Assembly (NCBI GenBank): GCA_040767195.1
Contig: JAXGPA010000001.1
Coordinates: 512,001-576,000, forward strand
Source of the DNA: Syntrophales bacterium
GTDB lineage: Bacteria > Desulfobacterota > Syntrophia > Syntrophales > UBA6807
Reading direction: 5' to 3'
DNA: 64,000 bases
A program made the translations under genes and the position numbers. The notes beneath the pieces are model-generated. The model was not told where the DNA came from and did not search any database. It worked only from the letters and a program-made list of their open reading frames with translations. This document shows positions 10,548 through 18,482 of the stretch, one piece after another. Position 1 is the first letter of the stretch. Every line of letters begins with the position of its first letter.

Positions 10548-11949
10548 GGTCTTCTCCCGAAAGGACGGCAATGCCGACGATCATGCCGGCGATGAGCAGG
10601 GACCGGAGCCACCCGGGCGTTTTTTCGGCCACCACCCGGAGGGACCGGTCCCGCAGGAACCAGTGGGCGGCCAGGAGCAGCGCCATGACCGTCCCCGTGA
10701 TCAAGAGATCGGCAAAGGGAAGAAAAATCGTCTTTTCCCCGCCACCGGGCAGGCCCGCCAGGGAACCCATGAGCATGAAGGCCTGATCGAAGGTCCGGCT
10801 TCGGAAAAAGACGAAGACGAAGCACCACAGGGCAAAGGTGAAGAGGGCGGCGGACAGGGTCACGGGCAGCCCGGTCTTCCAGGCCAGGGGCCGGGTCACC
10901 CTTTTCAGCACCCGCTCAACCACGATGAGAAGTCCGTGAATGCCCCCCCAGACGACGTAGGTCCAGGCGGCGCCGTGCCAGAGACCCCCGATGAGCATGG
11001 TCACGACGGTGTTGAACTGGGTCCGGGCCCACCCTTTCCGGCTTCCTCCCAGGGGGAAATAGACGTAATCCCGAAGCCACGATGAAAAGGAAATGTGCCA
11101 GCGCCTCCAGAAATCGGTGAAACCGGCGGCGGCATAGGGACAGTTGAAATTCTCCATGATGGCGAAACCGAAACACCGGGCAAGACCGAGGGCGCACAGG
11201 GAATAGCCCGCGAAATCGCAGTAGATCTGGCCCGAAAACGCGGCGCACCCGAACCAGGCGGAAAGGAAACCGGGAACGCCCTTTCCGTCGTAGACCGCCT
11301 CCGCCACGGGGGCCAGAAGCCCGTCGGCCAGGGCGATCTTCAGGAAAAGGCCGAGAAGCAGAAGGGAAAGCCCCCAGGCCACCTCATCCCTGGGGACGTC
11401 CGGCGGCCTTTCGCACTGGGGAAGGAAATCCCCCGCCCGGACGATGGGGCCCGCCACCAGCTGGGGGAAAAAGGACACGTAGAGGGCGTAATCGAGAAAG
11501 GAATGCCAGGGCTTCATCTTCCCCCTGTAAATGTCGATGGTGTAGGAAAGGGTCTGAAAGGTGTAAAAGGAAATCCCCACGGGGAGGATCACGTCCACCG
11601 GGGACGGGCTGAACTGAACGTTAAGGAATGACAGAAGCTGATTCAGGTTGTCGATGAGAAAACCGGCGTATTTGAAATAGCCGAGGAGTCCGAGGTTGAC
11701 GGCGAGGCTCGCCGCGAGAAACCCTCGCTTCTTCCCCGGCCGCCGGGCCGACGCGATGCGCCGGGCCAGGAACCAGTCGGCGACGGTGGAAATGGCCAGA
11801 AGGAGGACGAAGGGCGGGTTCCAGGCGGCATAGAAGAAATAACTCGCCCCGAGAAGCCAGACCTTCCTGGCGCGCCAGGGAAGGGGGAGCCGATAAACGA
11901 GGAAGACGACGACGAAAAAAAGAATGAAGGTGAAGGAGTTGAAGAGCAT
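10522..11949 (-). CDS. MBOAT family O-acyltransferase (AlgI/DltB-like)
   Basis: MLFNS, LPVGISFYTFQ, FFPQLVAGPI, FWRRWHIS, GLWHGA, C-terminal FIYFQF. Confidence 0.95.
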   Translation of the reverse strand: MLFNSFTFILFFVVVFLVYRLPLPWRARKVWLLGASYFFYAAWNPPFVLLLAISTVADWFLARRIASARRPGKKRGFLAASLAVNLGLLGYFKYAGFLIDNLNQLLSFLNVQFSPSPVDVILPVGISFYTFQTLSYTIDIYRGKMKPWHSFLDYALYVSFFPQLVAGPIVRAGDFLPQCERPPDVPRDEVAWGLSLLLLGLFLKIALADGLLAPVAEAVYDGKGVPGFLSAWFGCAAFSGQIYCDFAGYSLCALGLARCFGFAIMENFNCPYAAAGFTDFWRRWHISFSSWLRDYVYFPLGGSRKGWARTQFNTVVTMLIGGLWHGAAWTYVVWGGIHGLLIVVERVLKRVTRPLAWKTGLPVTLSAALFTFALWCFVFVFFRSRTFDQAFMLMGSLAGLPGGGEKTIFLPFADLLITGTVMALLLAAHWFLRDRSLRVVAEKTPGWLRSLLIAGMIVGIAVLSGEDRAFIYFQF

Positions 11950-11995
11950 GGGCGAGCGTCAGACTTCCGTCACGCCCGGCGGCGCGACATGAAAC

Positions 11996-12032
11996 GGCCC
12001 CGGAGAGGCTTCCTGAATCCCTCTCCGGGGCC
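11996..12032. repeat. Intergenic 13-bp perfect inverted repeat
   Basis: GGCCCCGGAGAGG-N11-CCTCTCCGGGGCC, with no U-tract on either side. Confidence 0.6.
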
Positions 12033-12076
12033 CGACATGTCACGACCCGGGCTTGGTCACAAAACCTCCGCGATGA

Positions 12077-12493
12077 TCAGGCGCCGGGGAGTTTCAGGGT
12101 GGGGGTGAGATCGACGCGCCAGGCGCCCTTCTCCCATACCCACGTGTCCTTCGCTGTCAGGTCGAAGACGAACGCCTTTACCCCGACCCTGTATTTTACG
12201 GCCACCTCCGCCTTGTCTTCCTTATCGAGAAGGGTCACTTTCTCGATCTCGAAATGTTCGATGTTCAGGTTCGCCGACTTGACGAATCTCACCCGGGACA
12301 CTTGTCTCTTGAATTCCTCTGTGGCCAGATCGTAAGCAGCCCCCCATTCACCGTTCATTTTGGCCGTCCAGAACGCCGTCACGTTCTTCATGAGATTCGC
12401 CTCCGTCTTGCCGTAACCCAAAAGGCCGGCACAGGAGACCAACAGAAGAAGGCCAACGGCGCAGCACAAAACCTTTACCGCTCCATTCATCAT
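12077..12493 (-). CDS. Putative lipoprotein
   Basis: Lipobox LLLVSC after a hydrophobic stretch; ATGA overlap with the upstream gene. Confidence 0.75.
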   Translation of the reverse strand: MMNGAVKVLCCAVGLLLLVSCAGLLGYGKTEANLMKNVTAFWTAKMNGEWGAAYDLATEEFKRQVSRVRFVKSANLNIEHFEIEKVTLLDKEDKAEVAVKYRVGVKAFVFDLTAKDTWVWEKGAWRVDLTPTLKLPGA

Positions 12494-13647
12494 TTCGTTT
12501 CCCCTTGATCTTTCTGCAGCATGAGCTCCCTGTGCTTTTCCGAGAGTTCTTTCCAGAGTTTCTTCGCCTCCTCGAACATTCGTTTATCCACGTCCGCGTC
12601 CCTTGTTTTCATTTCTTCGGTGAGCTTCTTGTAAATGTCGTCCGGCGCGGACCCGATCATCCCGGCGATCCGCGGATCGCCCGGCACGGACCGGTCCAGG
12701 GAAACGATCCCGTTCTCCCCCGGGACTAATTTCCCCGTCTCTCCCCGTATGAGGGTGGCATAGCCGAGGTCCTTTCCCATGTAGTTGGCCCGGTAAACGG
12801 GAACGCCGGACGGGGCGTCACCGGGAGCCCCCGCTTCTGCTCCACCACCGGAACCGCCGCAGTCGCCCGTTTTTTCCTCGAAGGCCGCTGATCCGCCCCC
12901 TTCCGAAAACGGGGAGGCGTCGTTTCCGCAGTAGATGACGAGATCCAACCCCTTCAGTCCGTCCACGACTTCAAGGGTTTCCTTCCTGCCGCAGCTCGAA
13001 AGGAGAACGACCCCGTCCGCTTTTTTCCGCACTTCCGGGATGAGGCTTTCGAGAACGCTCCGGGGGGATGAGACTTGAAAGTTTTTCCCCTCTTCTCCCG
13101 TCAAGGCGGCGATGTTCTCCTGAAGCCTGGGAGGCAGGACACCGATGAAGGCGATCCGGGACTTTCCGGCCTCCACGACGGTGTAAGGCACCCAGAAGGG
13201 ATTCAAAGCGCCGCTATATTCAAGATTCGCCGCCAGGAAGGGAAAAGACGCCTTTTCTCTCACATGATTAAGAAAATCAATGCCATGGGAGAATTCGTTT
13301 TCGCCCAGATTGAGCGCCCTCACGTTCATCGCCCCCAGGGTGGTGACGCCCAGTTCCGCAAGGACCTGAAGTTCCTTAAAAGAATATCGGCTCACGGGAA
13401 AGAGGTTCCCCGCGTCCACCAGGATGACGGGACCCTGTTTTTTTTCCAGTTCATCGATAACCCACTGTGTTCGGGCCAGACCGCCCGAATTATTTCCCCC
13501 TCACCCTCGGACAGGCGTCAGCCGCCCGAGGAGGTCTCCCGTGTAGACAACGGTGACCCTCGTTTCCTCTTCGGCTGAAAAAACAACGGCGGGAAACAAG
13601 GCAATCGCGCACAGAACGAGGGCGCAGGCCCACATCTTTCTCATCAT
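12490..13647 (-). CDS. UshA-like (5'-nucleotidase N-terminal fold) secreted selenoprotein, Sec at about residue 49, ~385 aa
   Basis: ORFs 13501..13710 and 12490..13419 are one frame: ...YTGDLLGRLTPVRG-TGA-GGNNSGGLARTQWVIDELEKKQGPVILVDAGNLF... GGAGGAG RBS before ATG 13647; signal peptide; SECIS-like hairpin follows. Confidence 0.85.
13470..13489 (-). promoter_or_regulatory. Bacterial SECIS-like hairpin for UGA at 13501-13503
   Basis: mRNA UUCGGGC-GGUCUG-GCCCGAA, a perfect 7-bp stem whose loop starts with GG 18 nt after the UGA; GGUCUG recalls the E. coli fdhF SECIS apex. Confidence 0.75.
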
Positions 13648-13716
13648 ATGGCTCCTCCATATACGTTTTTCCAGGGGGGTCTTTACGAACCGCCCGAAAT
13701 GCAATTCCATAACCGA

Positions 13717-16176
13717 TTATTCGGTGAGACCGTCGCCCATGAGGCGCGTTCCGTCCCCCGTGGCGATGAGGTAAAGGCCGCACAGGGGCGTGTCTCCCGA
13801 CGAGATCCTGACATAACGGGCCTCCCCGGCCAGGGCCGCTCCGAAAAGATTTTTCAGGGTTCCGGCGATGCGCTCCCGGGGATTCAGCCGGCCCGTCCAC
13901 GCGCCCAGGGGGGCGCCCCCGGCGTCGTGAAGGGTCATGGTCACGTCCGTTGCGCCGTCGGAGGGATTCAGGACGGCCACCCCCGTTCCCCAGGGACCCA
14001 GGCTCGCCACGTGGGGCAGGTGAAGGACAGGCCCCGTCGCGGGCGCCCGAAGGGGAACCCCCGCCAGCTGGCCTCCCGTATTCGTACTGAAGAGAACGCA
14101 CCCCGTCAGCGGCTCGCCTTCCCGGGAGGTCACTTCCAGGGAGGCGATCTCACCGGGTAAGACGCCGGGAAAGATATCCGGAACGTCCCGGACGAGATTC
14201 TGGCCCGGCTTCAGGAGGCAGCCCGCCTCGCCGAGGAGCCAGCCGTCGGCCCGGTAAGCCCGGAAGACCGCCCGGGTGTCCCCGGCGCCGCTGTTCATGA
14301 CGAGGAGTTTTGTCCGCCAGTAAGCGTTGCAAGCCACCTGGGGGGCAAAAAGACGGGTCCCCGCCCCCTCCCGTCCCAGGGGGACGAGGGCCGTGTCGCC
14401 CGTCGATGACGACTCGTATGAGAGCTTCATGTATCCCAAAAGGGACGGCCGGCCGCTCGTCGTCGCGGCGGTCATGGTGTTCCCTCGAACGGGAGAATTG
14501 GGAAGGACCCAGAGATCTTTCGTATTCGATTCAAGTTTCTGACCCGGCCCGAGGGTGACCGTGTCGGTCCGCAGCGGATGGCCCTCGGAATCGAAGGACC
14601 GCCGTTCCACCTCCTCCGTCTCGTCGCCCGTGTTGATGAGCCCGTAAAAGGTTTTCCACCCGCCCGATCTCGCTGAATAGGGAAAGGAGACCTGTTCGAC
14701 CGCCCCGGTTTGGGAAAGGAGATTGGCGCCGTAGAGAACGCTTTTCCCCTCCGATAAGGCGTTCAGTCCTCTCAGGGTCTCGTCGCTGTCCACCCGGACA
14801 TACCCGCCTCTCGTTGAACCGAGTCCGAAATCGGCCAGAGTCCCCCTGACCTGGGAATCGAGGCCGTTGAACTCGTGAGCCTCTTCAATCCGCCCGGCCG
14901 GATCGATGGTGGCCAGGATGACCCGGCCCAGGGACCCGTCGGGATTGAGAACGGCCATCCCGTTCCCCAGGCTTCCGCCGGGGTCGTCCGGAAAATAGGC
15001 CGTGTTTCCCAGGCGCACGCTGAGGTAGAGATCGTAGACCGGTTCGTAGTAGGTCGTGTCGGAATAATAATCGGGCCTGACGGGAAGAACCTCGAAATAG
15101 TAGTGACCGGCTGCGTACGCCGTCAGCTCCAGGACGTCCTGATGAAGCAGCGTTCCGAGACGCTGCCGGTCGGGATCGGGACCGTAGACCTGGACGATAA
15201 CCTGCCCTTCCCTGGGGGGCGTGCCCTCACCGTTCACCCGTTCCGCCGTGATCCGGTCCCCCGGACCGAGAAATACCTTGAAAAAGTCGGCATTGCAGGA
15301 CATGAGCCTCAGGTGGCCTCCCGGGACGGCCGCGGCCGTCTCGAAGGTGTCGTTCTCCTCGTAGCGGTCATCGTAGGTGTAAACGATGTCCCGGACCCGC
15401 GCGTAGTCGATGCCGGGGTTGAGGCAGTCCCGGACGGGATCGTAGGATGAAACCCCGGCGCTTCCCCTTTCCCAGCCGCTTCCGGTGATCCGGCTTCCCT
15501 CGAGGGTGAAGTAATAATAAAACGTTTTCGCCGCTATTTTCGATCCCACGTAGTCCGGGGAGACTTCGTCGGAAACATAGTAGACTTTCGTCGTGTAATG
15601 CCGGGTGCCGCCCTCTTCCGTGTAACCGGTCTCGTACTTGTAGACGGGGTAATTCCAGACCTCATCGTCGGTGCCGAGATCCATGATGAAGGGGAGACCC
15701 CGCTCTCTGATGTATTCCTCCAGAATGGCATGGAATTCTTCCGGTGTTTCCGTTCGCAGGCGGATGCTTTTCGTGTAGGCGTTGTCGTTCGCCACGGTGA
15801 GAAGGGCCTTCTTGTCGCCCACGTAAAAAATCGTTTCCCCGTAAAATCCGCCGTTTACCGGTTCTTCCTCGAGGATGGCCGCCGCCGCCCAGCAATAGCA
15901 CATTCCCTCCCAGTACTTGGCGAAAGGATTCCGGTAATACCTCATCCCGTAAGCCGTCGCTTCTCCCCCGTACGTTCCGGAGGTGACGAAATCATATTTC
16001 TCCAGCGGCGACGGATGGCCCCGGTAGGCAGCTCCCGTGACAAGCCCCCCCTGCCTGAAAGGCCACCAGTACCCGGACCAGGGCACGTAATCGGCCTCGT
16101 ACGTGTCCGCCGCGGCGGACAGGGGAAAGGCAAGAAGAAGGGCCAGAAGGACCGCCGCGATCGATTTCCCGCTCAT
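13717..16176 (-). CDS. Secreted protein: GP42/TGase_elicitor-like transglutaminase domain, PPC-like domain, four repeats of the shared surface domain
   Basis: Signal peptide MSGKSIAAVLLALLLAFPLSAAA (ATG 16176 overlaps the upstream TGA). Motifs PWSGYWWP, SPLEKYD, WEGMCYCWAAAAILEEEP, GDKKALLT, FIMDLGTDDEVWNYPV. Confidence 0.75.
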   Translation of the reverse strand: MSGKSIAAVLLALLLAFPLSAAADTYEADYVPWSGYWWPFRQGGLVTGAAYRGHPSPLEKYDFVTSGTYGGEATAYGMRYYRNPFAKYWEGMCYCWAAAAILEEEPVNGGFYGETIFYVGDKKALLTVANDNAYTKSIRLRTETPEEFHAILEEYIRERGLPFIMDLGTDDEVWNYPVYKYETGYTEEGGTRHYTTKVYYVSDEVSPDYVGSKIAAKTFYYYFTLEGSRITGSGWERGSAGVSSYDPVRDCLNPGIDYARVRDIVYTYDDRYEENDTFETAAAVPGGHLRLMSCNADFFKVFLGPGDRITAERVNGEGTPPREGQVIVQVYGPDPDRQRLGTLLHQDVLELTAYAAGHYYFEVLPVRPDYYSDTTYYEPVYDLYLSVRLGNTAYFPDDPGGSLGNGMAVLNPDGSLGRVILATIDPAGRIEEAHEFNGLDSQVRGTLADFGLGSTRGGYVRVDSDETLRGLNALSEGKSVLYGANLLSQTGAVEQVSFPYSARSGGWKTFYGLINTGDETEEVERRSFDSEGHPLRTDTVTLGPGQKLESNTKDLWVLPNSPVRGNTMTAATTSGRPSLLGYMKLSYESSSTGDTALVPLGREGAGTRLFAPQVACNAYWRTKLLVMNSGAGDTRAVFRAYRADGWLLGEAGCLLKPGQNLVRDVPDIFPGVLPGEIASLEVTSREGEPLTGCVLFSTNTGGQLAGVPLRAPATGPVLHLPHVASLGPWGTGVAVLNPSDGATDVTMTLHDAGGAPLGAWTGRLNPRERIAGTLKNLFGAALAGEARYVRISSGDTPLCGLYLIATGDGTRLMGDGLTE

Positions 16177-16880
16177 TCCGTCACCATCCCGTATTCCATG
16201 TCGGCGTTTCTCCCGAAAAGACAAAAGGGCCGCCCCTCTTCCCAGTACTGGGTGAAGATCTCCCGGCCGCCCTCGCCGGTGACCCGGATTTCGATGAGCT
16301 TACGGTCCCGGAGTAACGGCGGAACCCCGTCGGGGTTCGTCACTTCCCGGACTTCCTGGGCCAGGAGGACTTCCCGGTAGAGCCCGCCGCCCGCGGCAAT
16401 CTCCCGCCGGTACGTCCGTACCGAGGGCACCTGGGCGGGAAAGGCGGGGAAATCGAAGGGGACGAGGGATTTTTCGGCGACAGCGGGCGTCCCATCGGGG
16501 TATTCCAGGGTGAAGGTCACCGCCTTTCCCCGCCGGCTCTGGGTGAGGTCGGCCCGGACCAGGGACCGGGAACCGCTGAATTCCAGGCGGGCCGCCTGGT
16601 CCAGGCGCCCGCCGGCGTCCCGCACCTCCACCGCCGTGCCGCCCGGCACGGCGGCTTCCCGTGACGGGAGGGGGAGGAAACGCCAGGTAACCGGTTCGGA
16701 CCATTTCTCCCGATCCAGGGCCGAGCGGTAGACGGCCCGTACGAGCCAGGCCTGTCCCTCGCCGGGAATCACGGGCTGAAAGACCGCATCCGCCGCGGCC
16801 AGGAGTCCCGGCGCGAGGGCCAGGATCACCGCCAGCCCGGCGGCTGTCGCTTTTCTCTTGAATGACGCAAACCGTCCCAC
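16173..16880 (-). CDS. Hypothetical exported protein
   Basis: ORF track 235 aa with a signal-like N-terminus; translationally coupled to the transglutaminase-like gene. Confidence 0.65.
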   Translation of the reverse strand: MGRFASFKRKATAAGLAVILALAPGLLAAADAVFQPVIPGEGQAWLVRAVYRSALDREKWSEPVTWRFLPLPSREAAVPGGTAVEVRDAGGRLDQAARLEFSGSRSLVRADLTQSRRGKAVTFTLEYPDGTPAVAEKSLVPFDFPAFPAQVPSVRTYRREIAAGGGLYREVLLAQEVREVTNPDGVPPLLRDRKLIEIRVTGEGGREIFTQYWEEGRPFCLFGRNADMEYGMVTE

Positions 16881-16899
16881 CTTCCAAGTCCTCCCGCTT

Positions 16900-16932
16900 A
16901 AAAAATTTGGGCGGGATTTCTCCCGCCCAAAT
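16900..16932 (-). terminator. Rho-independent terminator downstream of the Cys-rich S-layer candidate
   Basis: Minus strand ATTTGGGCGGGA-GAAA-TCCCGCCCAAAT (12-bp perfect stem) followed by TTTTT. Confidence 0.85.
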
Positions 16933-16965
16933 GGTGATGCATTTTCAATACCAGGCTGCTTGTTC

Positions 16966-18318
16966 TTAGAAGCCCGCGTTCATCAACGGAGACAGCATGT
17001 CGTAGAGCCAGGACTTCATGGCCCACTCGACGGCATAGCCGCAGGGCCGCGCCATGGTGCTTCCACCGAAACCGCCCAGGAGCACGAACTCATAGCCGTC
17101 GGCCGGGAAGTTGGTCTCGATTTTCATCATCATGGGACCGGATGCGAGGCTCCCCATGCCCAGAGCGTCGAAGGTGTCTTCGTCCAGAACCCACGTCACG
17201 ATGGACTTGTCGAAGTCGGTGAGCTTCTTGGAGAGGGTGTTACCGTACTGATCGGTGAACGTCACCGTCACTTCCATGTCGGCAATGGAAACGCCGCCCA
17301 GGTTCGTCAGGGCGATTCCCGTAGCCCAGTTGTCGTCCTTCCCGATGACATAGGGGAAGTAGATGCAGCCGCCCATGAGCGTGTCGTCGCAGCACATGAT
17401 GCCGATTTCGATTTCGCACGCACACACGTCATCACAGGTGGGGCAAACGCCGCCCTTGCCGGTGACGAGTTCCGCGAGGACCTTCACGGTCTGCCCGGGA
17501 ACGATTTCCGACTTGACATACCACATGGCCGGCACGTTGAAGAGCCAGTAGTTGGTGCCTTACATTATTCCTTGGCATCGGCTGATCACGTAGCCGTTGT
17601 CCGTAGCCGTGCAGATCCGTGGCCGTGCAGATCTGCTTGACTCTCGCCGCCTCGGTGGTCGTGGGTTCGCAGACATCCTTGAGGTCCTGAACTCCCCTTT
17701 CGTGAGCAGCTTGTCGCAGGTGACGGCGGATCCCGTGGAACCGGGGGTCGTGAGATAGAGAAGAAGATCGCCACAGTTGAAGTACTGGGGGTTCTTCATG
17801 TAACGGGGATACTCATCGGAGCAGGCCAGTTTCAGATCGGTGAAGGTCTTCACGAAGATCTCGTCGCCCATGAAATACACGCCGTTCCCCTGGGTGATGG
17901 TGAACCGGAAGCCGACCGTGTTGCCATCCTCGAGAAAATCTTCAGGATCTTCGCACTCGCAGACGTCGAAAATCAGGCGGCAGTTCCGTCCAAGGATGCC
18001 GGACATCGCTGATCCATCACCGTTTGTTTTATAATGCGAGGGAAGATCGATACCCAGTTTCGAGAGATCGGCGTTGCCCAGGCAGGCCCAGCCCACCAGG
18101 TCGTGCTCATTCGGATATTCACCGATCATATCCCAGTCGAAATAGGTGCAGCACGGGTCCCCCTGTCCGAGGGTTATGCCGCAGTTGATGTTCCAGAGGG
18201 GACACTTGCAGTTCAAGCAAGCAGCCGACTCATCCGCCGCGGCCGCCGTCATGGCGAAGCCCATGACGAGCGCCATAGCCATCAGAGTAATCAATACTTT
18301 TTTCATTATCTCCTCCAT
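16966..18318 (-). CDS. Cys-rich secreted protein, candidate major S-layer subunit; frame disrupted around 17560-17700
   Basis: Signal peptide MKKVLITLMAMALVMGFAMTAAAA; more than 20 Cys. ORFs 17560..18318 and 16966..17535 are in frame across TAA at 17560. C-terminal CIYFPYV...WATGIALTN domain; own promoter and terminator. Confidence 0.65.
17601..17632. repeat. 16-bp tandem duplication (one mismatch)
   Basis: CCGTAGCCGTGCAGAT / CCGTGGCCGTGCAGAT inside the disrupted part of the Cys-rich gene. Confidence 0.85.
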
Positions 18319-18431
18319 AGAAATTTTTCTGTCTTAAACGTACCCATCTACTTTTTTACAAAGCCTTTTTTCCCTGTCTCACACCCCTCCTTTCTTTTTT
18401 TCTTTCCTTGTCCAGCCCTTACTTTCAGGAA

Positions 18432-18461
18432 AATATAATCGAAAGACTTTCCCGTTGTCAA
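18432..18461 (-). promoter_or_regulatory. sigma70-type promoter of the Cys-rich gene
   Basis: Minus strand TTGACA-N18-TATATT, giving an A/G-rich leader of about 110 nt. Confidence 0.7.
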
Positions 18462-18482
18462 GGGCTTTTCTCGCTCTCATGC

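Noticed and set aside
4859..13503. Genome-wide reassignment of TGA (to Trp or Gly) as the explanation for the two in-frame TGAs
   Set aside because: Many conserved genes here end properly in TGA (gspE, gspF, ahbB, several ATGA overlaps) and Trp is encoded by TGG, so any recoding must be site-specific.
16966..18318. Multihaem cytochrome, or diversity-generating-retroelement target, as identity of the Cys-rich gene
   Set aside because: There are no CxxCH motifs, and no reverse transcriptase or template/variable repeat pair was seen in the window.
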